A DNA stretch of 64,000 nucleotides from Candidatus Bathyarchaeia archaeon (GTDB lineage Archaea > Thermoproteota > Bathyarchaeia > 40CM-2-53-6): positions 544,001 to 608,000 of the forward strand of contig JBEKVV010000001.1 of assembly GCA_049513715.1 (NCBI GenBank), written 5' to 3'. Below, piece after piece: positions 10,229 through 20,622 of the stretch (its first letter is position 1; every line of letters begins with the position of its first letter). The notes under the pieces are model-generated. The model saw only the letters and a program-made list of their open reading frames with translations, was not told the origin of the DNA and ran no database searches. The position numbers and the translations under genes are program-made.

Positions 10229-10393
10229 ATGTCCCAAAACCTGGAAATCGTGCGTTTACAGGATTTCAGAGGCCAGTACAGGATAACAATCCCCCGCGAT
10301 ATGGTGGAGAAGCTGAAATGGCAGAAAGGCCAGCCGTTATTCGTGTCCCTTGACGGAACTAGAATTCTAATTGAGCCGGTAACCAAGAAATAA
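10229..10393 (+). CDS. AbrB/MazE/SpoVT family DNA-binding protein (54 aa), not in ORF track
   Basis: Hand translation MSQNLEIVRLQDFRGQYRITIPRDMVEKLKWQKGQPLFVSLDGTRILIEPVTKK*; TATA-like TATTTAA near 10164. Confidence 0.8.
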   Translation: MSQNLEIVRLQDFRGQYRITIPRDMVEKLKWQKGQPLFVSLDGTRILIEPVTKK

Positions 10394-10454
10394 CGACGAC
10401 TCTATTTCGAAAAAGGAGATCTCCGGGAATGTTCCGGAGACCAGGGTTGGGATT

Positions 10455-10778
10455 TCAGGAGAGCGTTGCGAGCTGGGCGAGTCTGTCCGCAACTTCCGGT
10501 ATGTCTGCTTCCTCCTCGACATCAGCGACGATGAAGCCGTCTCTTGACGCGAGGCTGAGTCCGTAACTGTCTCCGTGACGGGTCACCGTGTAGGAAGTGT
10601 GCCTTAGAAGATTGGTCACGGACCATCGTTCGACCGAATCATCTCGAATGACCACATCGATTTGCCCATTCCGAAGTATTGAAACTGACTTAACTCCCGG
10701 GCCGAGGTTCGATATGTCGGCTGTGTGAAGCTCTGTGGCCTTGTTGGGGATTCCAGGGCGGATAGTTACTGTTTGCAT
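10455..10778 (-). CDS. Hypothetical protein (frame open to 11021; start uncertain)
   Basis: Globular-looking C-terminal part from MQTVTIRPG; no recognisable motif. Confidence 0.4.
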   Translation of the reverse strand: MQTVTIRPGIPNKATELHTADISNLGPGVKSVSILRNGQIDVVIRDDSVERWSVTNLLRHTSYTVTRHGDSYGLSLASRDGFIVADVEEEADIPEVADRLAQLATLS

Positions 10779-11174
10779 TGGTTTTTTCACCTCGCCACGG
10801 GCAGCCTGTACAGGCCTTCGTTCATTGTCCGTTGGTTCATCTGTAGTTGCTGGAATCGCTGGGCCTTCGTAGGTGAGAACCACGGCCTTCCACCAGCGAT
10901 ATGGCTGGAAGGCATGCGGCCTCTCACCCGAACTAGTCTGGTTTCGAGGGATGCGAGTTTGGGGTAGATTGCACAGATGAATCCTATTTTGCTCAACACG
11001 CTTGTTACGATGCTCATTCACATTTTACCTCTGACCAGACATAGTGTCAATCTGACGGTAGTACTTTGTACCGTCGTAAGACGGATAGACAGAGCAAGCG
11101 AAGGCTGGGCACGGAGAGCAGGCCGCCGACGGCACATGCCTTATCTGTTGCTGGGAGGGGTGTGATCTAGTTGA

Positions 11175-11912
11175 TTGGAATTGTTCGAAGTTTCTTTCAA
11201 GGTCCAACACGACTGCCCGTACACCCGGTTCACCATGAATCACCCAGAGGTAAAGCTTGTCGAATGGTGCAACAACCACATCCACGTCATGGAGGTAGAC
11301 TGCCCTGACATTGAGACATTTACACGAATCGAGCCGGACTTGAATGAATTGCTGTTGTGGAAGGGCGGGAAAGTACTGAAAAAGAATTTCTTAGAGGGGA
11401 ACCTTCAGTTAATTGTTAAGACCTGCCGTTGCAACAAAATCTCACCTAATGTATCAGACATCATAGAAGGTAACTCATGCCTTCAGATACCCCCTGAAAT
11501 CTACTTCGGAGGTTGGGAGGAATACCGAGTGATAGGGTTCAGGGAGAACGACTACAAGAACATGTTCCAGGAACTCGGCAAGCTAGGACCAGTTGAGGTA
11601 ATCCAGAAGAAAGCCGTGGCGGAGAAAAGTCTTCGTGATTCGTTCGTGATATCTATTAGCAGCGTGTTCTCGGAATTAACAGACAAACAGGTCGGCACGT
11701 TATTGTCGGCGCTAGAATACGGTTACTATCAAATTCCCAAGAAGATGACTGCCGAGGAGATTGCGGGCAAACACAAGGTTCCAAGGACAACTTTCGAGGA
11801 GCACTTGAGGAAGGCCGAAAGCAAGGTTCTTCGGGCCATGGCCCCCTACGTCAGGATGTACGCAACGCGGCCACGGCCCCTAATTGAGGAGCCAAAGATA
11901 ATCGCCAGATAG
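11175..11912 (+). CDS. Bat-type (HTH_10) transcriptional regulator
   Basis: LTDKQ...ALEYGYYQIPKK...EEIA...TFEEHLRKAESK. Confidence 0.85.
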   Translation: MELFEVSFKVQHDCPYTRFTMNHPEVKLVEWCNNHIHVMEVDCPDIETFTRIEPDLNELLLWKGGKVLKKNFLEGNLQLIVKTCRCNKISPNVSDIIEGNSCLQIPPEIYFGGWEEYRVIGFRENDYKNMFQELGKLGPVEVIQKKAVAEKSLRDSFVISISSVFSELTDKQVGTLLSALEYGYYQIPKKMTAEEIAGKHKVPRTTFEEHLRKAESKVLRAMAPYVRMYATRPRPLIEEPKIIAR

Positions 11913-12036
11913 TCTCGTATTGCCGGGTTCTAGGTCTTCGATTCCACAAAGGTGTAGGCCCATGGGTGAATCCAAAGTAGCGAAGTGCGATTCGCCCGAA
12001 TCAATATAAGGACAAAGCCGTTTCTGAAAGAAATCT

Positions 12037-13221
12037 ATGTCAAGTTTGACTAAGCAGGTTCACGAATTTGAACCTGAAATCATTAGGATCAGACGCAAGA
12101 TTCACTCAAATCCAGAATTGGCATATCAAGAGTTCGAAACGGCGCGATTGATTGCAAGTAAACTTCGAGGACTTGGAATCAGAACCGTAACAGGGCTTGC
12201 TGGGACAGGCGTTCTCGGAGTGCTCAACGGTACAAGAACGGGAAAAGTGGTCGCGTTAAGGGCCGACATGGATGCTCTACCGATTAATGAGAAGCTCGAC
12301 GTTCCCTTCAAATCCAAGAAAAGTGGCATCATGCACGCTTGTGGACACGACGCCCATGTCGCGATGCTCCTAGGCGCAGCTATGCTACTAAGGAAGAACG
12401 TGAACGAGGTTGCTGGAACTGTGAAATTTATCTTTCAACCCGCGGAGGAGGAAGGAGGACGGGGAGGAGCGAAACCTATGATTGAAGCGGGCGTAATGTC
12501 CAATCCTAAAGTCGACTATGTATTCGGACTTCATATCGTCTCGAACTTCCCTTCAGGCGTCTTCGCCTTGAGAGGTGGACCGATAATGGCCGCGCCAGAT
12601 GCCTTCAGAATTCGGGTTCTCGGAAAAGGCGGGCACGGATCGGAACCTCACAAGGCAGTTGACCCGATCTATATTGCTTCGCAGTTAACCTGTGCGCTTC
12701 AAGGAATATCGGGGCGAATGGTCGATCAATTGCAGCCGTTCGTGATCTCTGTCTGCAGTTTTCACGCAGGCTCCACACACAACATCATACCGGATGATGC
12801 TGTACTGGAGGGCACAATGCGGACGTTCAACGAAAAGCTCCGTTCTAAGGCGAAGAAACATGTGATTCAGGTTAGCAAAATGATCTGCAAAACATTCGGA
12901 GCCCAATGCGAAGTTGAATTCAAAGCTGACACTTATCCCGTAACTCGAAATAATGAGAAGGTCGCCGTCAGAGTGGCTGAATCGTTACAAGGAATAGAGG
13001 GCACGCGAACCATTGAATGTGAGCCAATTCTCGGCGCAGAGGACGTCTCGAGGTTCCTTAGGAAGGCCCCAGGCACATACTACTTCCTTGGCACCCGGAA
13101 TGAAAAAAAGAGATGCATATACCCTAACCATAGCCCACAATTCAATGTGGACGAGGAAGTTCTGAAGTATGGATCTGTTTCACTTGCTAGGCTAGCCATG
13201 GAATTTGGAGCAAACCATTAG
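12037..13221 (+). CDS. M20D amidohydrolase / carboxypeptidase
   Basis: RADMDALP, MHACGHD, FQPAEE, GGHGS, AEDV, NHSP. Confidence 0.9.
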   Translation: MSSLTKQVHEFEPEIIRIRRKIHSNPELAYQEFETARLIASKLRGLGIRTVTGLAGTGVLGVLNGTRTGKVVALRADMDALPINEKLDVPFKSKKSGIMHACGHDAHVAMLLGAAMLLRKNVNEVAGTVKFIFQPAEEEGGRGGAKPMIEAGVMSNPKVDYVFGLHIVSNFPSGVFALRGGPIMAAPDAFRIRVLGKGGHGSEPHKAVDPIYIASQLTCALQGISGRMVDQLQPFVISVCSFHAGSTHNIIPDDAVLEGTMRTFNEKLRSKAKKHVIQVSKMICKTFGAQCEVEFKADTYPVTRNNEKVAVRVAESLQGIEGTRTIECEPILGAEDVSRFLRKAPGTYYFLGTRNEKKRCIYPNHSPQFNVDEEVLKYGSVSLARLAMEFGANH

Positions 13222-13334
13222 GCTCTCGGTCGACTCTCTCGAAAACATGTAGGAAGTTACCTGCCAAGGTCTCATAGAACGTGCGTTGAAGTACAGTTAT
13301 TACCTCGTAAATCACTATCTTTGATCTGACCCTC

Positions 13335-13769
13335 ATGTTCTCGAGGATCCTCGTCGCTGTGGACGGTTCGCCGTTTGCCGAGAAAGCCCTGAAATGCGCA
13401 GTTGACTTGGCCAAGAAATACAATGCAAAACTCGTCATTGCCCACGTTGTCCTTCGGCGTTTCTATGCCGTCACTCCCTCAGAGGCCGGAGTCCTCGCCA
13501 CAAGCGTCTTTGTTAAGGAAATGGAGGCCGAAGGGAAGGAGATAATCAGCAAAGCAGATGCTTATGCAAAGAGCCAAGGTGCAGATTACGAGTGCAAGCT
13601 TCTACAAGGAGTGCCGGCAGAGGAGATACTGAAGCTCTCTAAAACCGAGAAAGTAGACCTAATCGTAATTGGGAGCAGAGGTTTGAGTGAGGTTCGTGCG
13701 TTTCTCTTAGGGAGCGTCTCGGACAAGGTCAGCCATCACGCCAGATGTCCAACCTTCATCGTAAAATAG
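13335..13769 (+). CDS. Universal stress protein
   Basis: ILVAVDGS, DLIVIGSRG, LLGSVS. Confidence 0.92.
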   Translation: MFSRILVAVDGSPFAEKALKCAVDLAKKYNAKLVIAHVVLRRFYAVTPSEAGVLATSVFVKEMEAEGKEIISKADAYAKSQGADYECKLLQGVPAEEILKLSKTEKVDLIVIGSRGLSEVRAFLLGSVSDKVSHHARCPTFIVK

Positions 13770-13781
13770 CGACCCTGGTAC

Positions 13782-15155
13782 CTACTTCTCGCAGAGCACT
13801 ATGTACACGTCTCCAACGTTCGTGCCAGTCGGCCCGGTTACTAGATTGTCGTCCAAAGCTCTGAAGAATCTGTAAGAATCGTTATTGTCCAAGAACGGCA
13901 GCGGGGTCATCCCCGTTTTTCGTGCCCGCATTAGCGTTTTGCCATCGGCTACTGCGCCGGCGGCTTTGCTATTGCCATCGATTCCATCAGTGCCTAATGC
14001 TGCAATAACCGCGCCATCAATGCCTGAGATTCTCTGAACTCCAGACAACACGGCTTCTTGATTTCGGCCCCCAATTCCACTTCCAGTGACCCTAACGGTT
14101 GTTTCCCCTCCGAAAATGAAGGCTCCCGATTTCTTGGACTCACGGTATCGCATGCGTTCTTGGGCTATGGTTGCGAGAAGCCCTCCCATGTTTGCGGAGT
14201 CCATCTCCACCGACGATGTGAGAAGGGAAGCTGGGAAATGCTTGTTCGCCAAAGCCCGCCTTGCAGCTGTGCAGGCTGTCTGGTTGTCGGCGATTATCAG
14301 GTTGTGGACGCGTCGAAAGTTCGCGGACCCTGGTTTTGGCGTATCAGGAATCGTTCCGCGGACTCCTCGCATGAGGTGCGTTCTGACATCTTCGGGAATC
14401 CTCTGCCAGAGATTATGTCGTCTTAGGATTGAGACGGCGTCGCTGTAAGAACTTGAGTCCTCCGCTGTGAGGCCGGAGGCGATGTCTGCAAGATTGTTGC
14501 CCGGCACATCCGATATGATCAACGACAAGATTGAGGCCTTGCAGAGCTCAACAAGCCTACCGCCCTTCAGTCGCGAAAGATGTCGCCTTACAACATTGAT
14601 CTCGTGAATGGTAGCTTGACTTCTCACGAGTTCATCGGTCAGAGTTCGCTTGTTTTCAATCGAAATGCCCTCAGCTGGCGCAGGTAACATTGCCGAGCCG
14701 CCTCCTGAGATCAGACAGATGAGCAGCTCACTCTTCCCCATCCCGCTGACCATCTCAACTACACGCTCTGAGGCTTTCAGGCCCTCCCGGTCAGGAAGGG
14801 GATGACCAGTCAGGAAGCATTCAAACCGGTCGTCAGCTTTTCCCAGATGATGTCCTTTGGGTGCAACGAGAATTCCGTAGGTGTCGAAGTCCCGCAGCAT
14901 TCGTCTCGTGGTGTTCAACATTGGGACGCTTGCCTTGCCTACCGCAAGCAGCATTACTCTGCTGAATCGAGAGAGCGAACATGCGAAATTGCCGACTGAA
15001 AGTCTACTGCCCTTTGCTTTTACTGCGGACCGCAGACATTGAGATGGCTCGACAGCGCGGAGCGCGGCTTCAAATGCATCTATGCAAAGGCGTCTTGCTC
15101 GCTGGTTTCGGAGTGTGACGCCGTTGCGTATGAGTTTCGTTTTATTGTGAATCAT
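13782..15155 (-). CDS. Glycerate 2-kinase (MOFRL family)
   Basis: GHPLPD, LISGGGSA, KGGRL, GGETTV, GGRNQE, TDGIDG, TGTNVGD. Confidence 0.92.
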   Translation of the reverse strand: MIHNKTKLIRNGVTLRNQRARRLCIDAFEAALRAVEPSQCLRSAVKAKGSRLSVGNFACSLSRFSRVMLLAVGKASVPMLNTTRRMLRDFDTYGILVAPKGHHLGKADDRFECFLTGHPLPDREGLKASERVVEMVSGMGKSELLICLISGGGSAMLPAPAEGISIENKRTLTDELVRSQATIHEINVVRRHLSRLKGGRLVELCKASILSLIISDVPGNNLADIASGLTAEDSSSYSDAVSILRRHNLWQRIPEDVRTHLMRGVRGTIPDTPKPGSANFRRVHNLIIADNQTACTAARRALANKHFPASLLTSSVEMDSANMGGLLATIAQERMRYRESKKSGAFIFGGETTVRVTGSGIGGRNQEAVLSGVQRISGIDGAVIAALGTDGIDGNSKAAGAVADGKTLMRARKTGMTPLPFLDNNDSYRFFRALDDNLVTGPTGTNVGDVYIVLCEK

Positions 15156-15264
15156 ATGTTCGGAGTTCGAAGTTCGTTCCTGCCGTCCTCAATCTCCGAT
15201 AAGAGGGAAGCGAAGTTGGAATTCAGTTGAAGGTGCGGTTCAAAGATGAAAGAGCAATTGACGC

Positions 15265-15534
15265 TTAGCTTGGGGTCGTGGAGCTGTCAGGAGTCCCGGT
15301 GCCGGTTTGACTGGGGGTTGGGGGCGTCCATTCTGTTGGTGCCTCTACGGGTGGTGTCTCAACGGGAGCTGGCATTGGAGGAGGAGTCTCAACTGCCATT
15401 GGTGGAGGGGACGGAGCTGGCTTACGTTTAGGTGCCGCTTTCTTCTTGGGCTTCGCTTTCATCTTTTTCATCATACGCTTCGCCTTTTTCTTCGCGCCTT
15501 TCTTGGTCTTGCGCTTTCTAGGCAAACAAATCAC
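15265..15534 (-). CDS. Small low-complexity protein with Lys-rich N-terminus and Pro-rich C-terminus
   Basis: PRKRKTKKGAKKKAKRMMKK followed by PPPMAVETPPPMPAPVETPP; minus-strand TTTATTA near 15562-15568. Confidence 0.55.
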   Translation of the reverse strand: MICLPRKRKTKKGAKKKAKRMMKKMKAKPKKKAAPKRKPAPSPPPMAVETPPPMPAPVETPPVEAPTEWTPPTPSQTGTGTPDSSTTPS

Positions 15535-15922
15535 ACGGCCCTATTGTCGAAGTCTCAGCGGTAATAAATCTTCACAGGAAATCGGTGCCGCTATCACAGT
15601 TTCGCGTCAATGCATATCGTGTTGAGACCTTAGCATGTGAGGCCTTAGGATTCGTGGCTGAGCGTGCCTAGGATTAGCACAATGCGAGTGTTCAAGATGT
15701 TTTGAACAATCCGCATGAGAATGAGATCTGTCCCTGGTCACGTTCGTCAGCCTCTGGGAAGGCTGCCGCTTTCGGCCAATTGAGATACTTCTCGCCTTGC
15801 CTTCTTCAGGTGGACAATTTGATGGACTCCGTCTTGCTCGGTGATTCCCTTAGCCGCGCGAAGATGTTTAGGATTTGATAAGTGCTTTATCAGGGCCAGC
15901 TGAAAGTCTCTGAAGAGAGTCG

Positions 15923-16276
15923 ATGAGTTTGAGCGAAGCCAAAACTTCAGTGGAAGTTAGTTTTGAAGAATTCAAGAAGATTGATGCTAGGGTAGGAGTA
16001 GTAACCCAAGTTGACCGAGTGCCGAGGACTGAAAAACTGTACAGGATCCTAGTGGACCTTGGGCCGTTCGGTGTGAGACAGACGGTTTCGAGCCTCGTAG
16101 GATACTATGAGGCCAACGAGCTTCTCGGTAAGCGAGTGGTTTTCCTTTACAACCTCAAACCAACCAAGTTCGCTGGCGAGGTCTCGCAAGGCATGCTACT
16201 CGCCGCTGAACAAGGGGAGAAACTGGCTCTGTTGACGACGGACCGTGAAGTTCCGAATGGCGCAAGAATCACCTGA
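15923..16276 (+). CDS. tRNA-binding protein (Trbp111/CsaA, MetRS C-terminal-like)
   Basis: FEEFKKIDARVG, NLKP, SQGMLLAA. Confidence 0.9.
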   Translation: MSLSEAKTSVEVSFEEFKKIDARVGVVTQVDRVPRTEKLYRILVDLGPFGVRQTVSSLVGYYEANELLGKRVVFLYNLKPTKFAGEVSQGMLLAAEQGEKLALLTTDREVPNGARIT

Positions 16277-16429
16277 TTTATTGTCGGGTCCACTGGCGGC
16301 ATGGTCTAGAGACTATGTAGAAACTGTAGTAATTGGCGAAAATTCCAGTCACGTTCAATGTTTAAATGGAATGGCGGAGTATTTCAATTAAAATTCTCAG
16401 AGAGATTCGCCAGTTCTAGAGGTTGTCAA

Positions 16430-16810
16430 TTGCCTAGGAAAGGTCCAACTGAACAGGACGTTCTACGAATAGTGATGGAACTCGGCGACATGGGCATACT
16501 TCAATCCGAACTCTGGAAGAAACTAACCGCAGACAGCCGGGAAGGTTCTCGCGCAATCCTAAGGCTAGAAAAGAAGGGCCTGATCGCCCGAAAGAAAGAG
16601 CTTCACGACGGTCGATGGACTTACAGGGTTTTCGCGAAACGCCGCTACTCAACAATTGATTCAATCGTGGACATACCCTGCGCCTTCTGCGATCTAATCG
16701 GTAACTGCCCGCAATCTTGGATCATGAACCCAAGCAAATGTGAACACTTAACGAAATGGCTGCAGACCTTGGCTGAGTCAGCGAGAGCGGTAGCGAAAAG
16801 TGCCGAGTGA
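16430..16810 (+). CDS. TFE-beta / RPC34-like winged-helix protein with C-terminal Cys cluster
   Basis: GILQSELWKKL...SREGSRAILRLEKKGLI winged helix plus PCAFC-x5-C-x10-C; probable TTG start at 16430. Confidence 0.75.
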   Translation: MPRKGPTEQDVLRIVMELGDMGILQSELWKKLTADSREGSRAILRLEKKGLIARKKELHDGRWTYRVFAKRRYSTIDSIVDIPCAFCDLIGNCPQSWIMNPSKCEHLTKWLQTLAESARAVAKSAE

Positions 16811-17408
16811 ATGGTTAAGGCAGCGGAAGAAGGATCACTTCCACCGCCTCGCGAAAGCGAGAGGTTTTCGTAGTAGAGCCACGTTCAAGCTTCTCCAGAT
16901 CGTTAAGAAATATCAATTCTTGGTTCGGGGGGACTATGTCCTTGACCTGGGAGCGGCCCCTGGAGGTTGGCTTCAAGCCGCACACCAAGTTGTCGGCGGT
17001 GTTGGGTTTGTGTTGGGCGTCGACAAAGAAATCATTGCTCCGCTGAACCTTCGGAACGTTTCTACGTTGATTGGAGACATAACAAGTGATAAGGTTGTGG
17101 CTGACATCGCCGCCACTGGTCACCTACCGTTTGATGTTATCCTTTCTGATCTGGCTCCGAATGTTACGGGAGTTTGGGAGGTCGACAATGCGCGTCAGAT
17201 TGAGTTGGCCAGATGCGCGTTGAAGGTTGCGCGGGCTGTTCTCAGGCCTTCGGGGAACATGCTCGTTAAAGTATTCCAAGGTTTGGATTTGCCAGACTTT
17301 CAGTCAGAGATGAAATCCGCATTCAACACTATGCGCATAGTGAAACCCCCTGCGAGCAGGGCCAAAAGCGCTGAACTATACCTGCTTGGGTTGGGCTTTC
17401 TTGGGTAG
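16800..17408 (+). CDS. rlmE: 23S rRNA Um2552 methyltransferase RlmE/FtsJ
   Basis: FRSRATFKL, DLGAAPGGW, SDLAP, KVFQG, KPPASR, ELY. Confidence 0.93.
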   Translation: MPSEWLRQRKKDHFHRLAKARGFRSRATFKLLQIVKKYQFLVRGDYVLDLGAAPGGWLQAAHQVVGGVGFVLGVDKEIIAPLNLRNVSTLIGDITSDKVVADIAATGHLPFDVILSDLAPNVTGVWEVDNARQIELARCALKVARAVLRPSGNMLVKVFQGLDLPDFQSEMKSAFNTMRIVKPPASRAKSAELYLLGLGFLG

Positions 17409-18572
17409 CTGTTCCACTAACTTGACTATCTGCTGTACCGGCGCGTCTGTTCTGAAGCCGCTAGGGTGAAAATGAGTTCGGGTCGCCTGAAACCCAGCGT
17501 CCCGAAGAGCAGAGAGCAGACTCTCAATTCTGGGGGGTTTTATCTTGTAACTGTGAGCTAAGGCATCTGTTCGGAAGTGAAACGATTCCGCGTCAAGCTC
17601 GTCGCCAATCAATGTAAGGATTCTCTGGGCCTCCGATAGGCGAGAGGTGGACAGGGTGGGTGCACGTTCAATCATTGCTTGCAGAGTTCTCCTATCCCAC
17701 AATTGTCCAAGCCAAATTGGGCCACCCAGTTTGGTTTCTGACCCGCAGCTAGGGCAGCTGCTTCTTAGGGATTCCAAGGAACTTCGAGCTTCTCGGCTCA
17801 AGCACCTGGCGCAATATTCCAAGTAACCCAACTTCTTGGCTGCGTGGTTAGCCGGGGTTTTTCCCTTAATGATTTTGGCGTAGATTCGTGCGTAGTGATC
17901 TGTGGCATGGGAAAAGACTAAGTCAACTCCTAAATTGAGTCGTCCCGCGTCGGACACGAGAGTACTGGTTAATGTCCGGATGGCCATTTCCTTTTCAAAT
18001 TCGCAGTGCACTGGTCTTACCCCGTATTTGCGAAAGCTTGCGGCAGCATTCGCTCCAGTGAGCGGTCCCATGTCCGTTGCAGTCGCAGCAATGACCCCGC
18101 CGTCAATGGTCGCACGCAAGGCTGACTCGAAGAAAGGTGCCGGGGAACCGAAAGGATCGAGGTCCACCAAATCAAAGCGATCCTCGGAGTGCTGTGAGAG
18201 CAACAAGGTGGCCTCCCGTTCAACCACAAAGACCTTGGCTTCAACCCCGTTGAGCTGGATGGTTCGTCGGGCAGCCTCAACAGTGTCAGGGTCTTTGTCC
18301 GCGGCCAGGACAGATGCAACGTTTGAGGTTTCGAGCACATACCGCACTGCCCTGACGCCTGAGCCCGTCATCGGGTCGCATACTCGAACATGCGTCCACA
18401 CAGGAAAGTGGGAAGATGCAAAGAGGACTGCAAGGTCCCGGTTCAGGTTCATCTTTGGGTTATAGAAAACTCCCATGCGTCGTGTCGGCGCTTTCGGTGG
18501 AAGAACTATGGTCGCCCTCCCTTCGACGAGCTGCTTTGCTTCATCGGACAGCGGCGTCGGTTCGCGACTCAA
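17376..18572 (-). CDS. trm1: tRNA (guanine26-N2)-dimethyltransferase
   Basis: VFYNPKMNLNRD, DLDPFGSP, TATD, GPIWLG, RTHF; TTG at 18572 chosen to avoid overlap with the NTPase gene. Confidence 0.93.
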   Translation of the reverse strand: MSREPTPLSDEAKQLVEGRATIVLPPKAPTRRMGVFYNPKMNLNRDLAVLFASSHFPVWTHVRVCDPMTGSGVRAVRYVLETSNVASVLAADKDPDTVEAARRTIQLNGVEAKVFVVEREATLLLSQHSEDRFDLVDLDPFGSPAPFFESALRATIDGGVIAATATDMGPLTGANAAASFRKYGVRPVHCEFEKEMAIRTLTSTLVSDAGRLNLGVDLVFSHATDHYARIYAKIIKGKTPANHAAKKLGYLEYCARCLSREARSSLESLRSSCPSCGSETKLGGPIWLGQLWDRRTLQAMIERAPTLSTSRLSEAQRILTLIGDELDAESFHFRTDALAHSYKIKPPRIESLLSALRDAGFQATRTHFHPSGFRTDAPVQQIVKLVEQLPKKAQPKQV

Positions 18573-18579
18573 GAAAGAA

Positions 18580-19119
18580 TCACTCTCGCTTCGCCAGGCG
18601 TTCGGAGATCGTGTGAGGTAGTTCGTCCCGGTTGGTAGGCGTAACCTCGGAAATATCACGAGAGAATTTTGATTTGATCGAGGAGACCAGCGGGTGGGAT
18701 GCTCGTTTGTGAATTGTGCAAACAAGCGGTTTAGACGTTTCAAGGACTGCTTGCAATGCTAAACTGAACGGTTCCGAATGTAGCTCCATGGGACCTATCT
18801 CGTCTACTGCAACTATGTCTGCTTCAATCAGCGCTCTCTCAATTGCAGCAACGCCTATGCGCTGCAAGTCTGACAAATTCACCCTGTATTTGCCCACGCG
18901 CGGCCCTTCGCCCTGATTGACATGTGCTAAGACTCCCTTTCGGCGAGTTAACAAGTCCTCGAGGTTGAAACCGACCCTGACGCCGTTTTCCCTAAGCTCC
19001 CCGGAAATCATGCCTCCGACTGTGCGTCCGCGGCTCTCCAACAGCTCGCAGACTCTTCGCACTACGGTGGTTTTCCCACACCCCGGTTCTCCGGTCAGGA
19101 AGATACGGTAATCGTCCAT
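18580..19119 (-). CDS. NTPase (THEP1/NTPase_1 family)
   Basis: LTGEPGCGKTT, RVGKYRV, VDEIGPMEL. Confidence 0.92.
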   Translation of the reverse strand: MDDYRIFLTGEPGCGKTTVVRRVCELLESRGRTVGGMISGELRENGVRVGFNLEDLLTRRKGVLAHVNQGEGPRVGKYRVNLSDLQRIGVAAIERALIEADIVAVDEIGPMELHSEPFSLALQAVLETSKPLVCTIHKRASHPLVSSIKSKFSRDISEVTPTNRDELPHTISERLAKRE

Positions 19120-19169
19120 AACGGTAGCACGTGGAACCGCAGCTATTAACTTCTGAACTTCACATGTAG

Positions 19170-19862
19170 GTGAACACAGAAGTGCGGTCTATGAAGGGCG
19201 TGGCTGGTACAGATGATGCAGGACGCGGCCCGATCATAGGTCCACTGGTCGTAGCGGGCGTTCTCCTGTCCGGAAACCGAGACCGAGAGCTTGTAGCTAT
19301 GGGTGTCAAAGATTCGAAAATGCTAACGCCTGAGGTAAGGTCCAGCTTGGTTGGCAGAATCAGAGAGATCGCAGACAACGTAAGTGTTGCCGAAGCTGCG
19401 CCGAAGGAGATAGATGAGGTTGTGTTGCATGGCGGAAAATTGAAAAGGCTAAACTTCCTCGAGGCGAAGTTGATGGCTCAAGTGGTAAACTCACTTGGCC
19501 CTGAACAGGTTTACGTTGACGCTTCAGATGTGAACGAAGAGCGCTATGGCGAAACGATTCGGGAATTTCTTCTACCCGAGCTAAAGAACGTTCGAATAAT
19601 CTCGAAACATCACGCTGATAGGACGTACCCGGTGGTTTCGGCGGCAAGTATCATTGCCAAGGTGCACCGCGACGAAGCCGTAGCTGCGTTGCGTCGGGAG
19701 TGGGGTGACTTCGGCTCCGGGTACCTCACTGACCCTAAAACTTTGGATTTCTTGTGGGAGTGGAGGAAAACGCATCGCGAGTATCCGCCAATTGTTAGGC
19801 TGTCGTGGAAAACGATAAAGGAAATTGAGGAGGAGCTCGGTCAATCACGGCTTGAGCCGTAA
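19170..19862 (+). CDS. rnhB: Ribonuclease HII
   Basis: GTDDAGRGPIIGPLV, VKDSK, VDA, SAASIIAKV, GSGY. Confidence 0.95.
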   Translation: MNTEVRSMKGVAGTDDAGRGPIIGPLVVAGVLLSGNRDRELVAMGVKDSKMLTPEVRSSLVGRIREIADNVSVAEAAPKEIDEVVLHGGKLKRLNFLEAKLMAQVVNSLGPEQVYVDASDVNEERYGETIREFLLPELKNVRIISKHHADRTYPVVSAASIIAKVHRDEAVAALRREWGDFGSGYLTDPKTLDFLWEWRKTHREYPPIVRLSWKTIKEIEEELGQSRLEP

Positions 19863-19926
19863 TCAGAAAGTTCCTTACTGCATCGAAGGCGTGGTTTAAG
19901 GTGTTTTTCGATTTGAACATCCATTG

Positions 19927-20622
19927 TCATTCTCGAGTGACTACGACCAGGGCGTGGTCCTTCTCGTAGGGTTCGAGTCGCACAGTCTGGAGAATCTTGA
20001 ACTGCCTATGGCGAAGGATGTCGATCTCCTGTTTGAAAACGTCGGTGGGTTCCATCGTGACGTCGACGCTGCGGGATTTTATGGCTATCAGTGCCGAGCC
20101 GTTAGGTCGAAGGAACAGGTCCGCGTTATCTGCGAGAATCTTAGCTTGTTCCGGTTGGGCTACGTCGGAGTAGATGACATCAACGGTGCTGACAAGAGAC
20201 TTGTACACTTCAGGTAACCTGGCATCCGAGAGGATGGGGTAAACGTTGGCACGGTGTTCGCAGAGGGTGTTTATGAGGTCCCGCATACTCCGTTGAGCGA
20301 ACTCCACACAGTAGACTCGGCCGTGGGCTTCGACTATGTCACTTACGTGGCTCGCAGTTGTTCCCGAAGCCGAACCTAAGTACAGAACGCTTTTGCCGGG
20401 CTGAATGGGCATGCTGCTGAGGTTGCGGAGTATCGCTGCAGCGAGTTTACTCCTGTAAGCGTCCCATGTTCGGTACTCGGTCTCGCCATCTTTGATTAGC
20501 GTTTCACCATAGACGCTGATGCCGGGGGCGAGGTTCTTGGTGGCTAGGCGTTTAGTTCCATCTTCTATTGTTGCCCAAAAGACGCCCGCGAACGGGTCAT
20601 ATGGTCTAACGTTTGCGCCCAA
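19927..20622 (-). CDS. flpA: Fibrillarin (box C/D RNP methyltransferase)
   Basis: RSKLAAA, VLYLGSASGTT, DVAQP. Confidence 0.95.
   Translation of the reverse strand: MGANVRPYDPFAGVFWATIEDGTKRLATKNLAPGISVYGETLIKDGETEYRTWDAYRSKLAAAILRNLSSMPIQPGKSVLYLGSASGTTASHVSDIVEAHGRVYCVEFAQRSMRDLINTLCEHRANVYPILSDARLPEVYKSLVSTVDVIYSDVAQPEQAKILADNADLFLRPNGSALIAIKSRSVDVTMEPTDVFKQEIDILRHRQFKILQTVRLEPYEKDHALVVVTRE

Noticed and set aside
18573..18743. Long N-terminal extension of Trm1
   Set aside because: Overlaps the NTPase gene; TTG 18572 gives a normal length.
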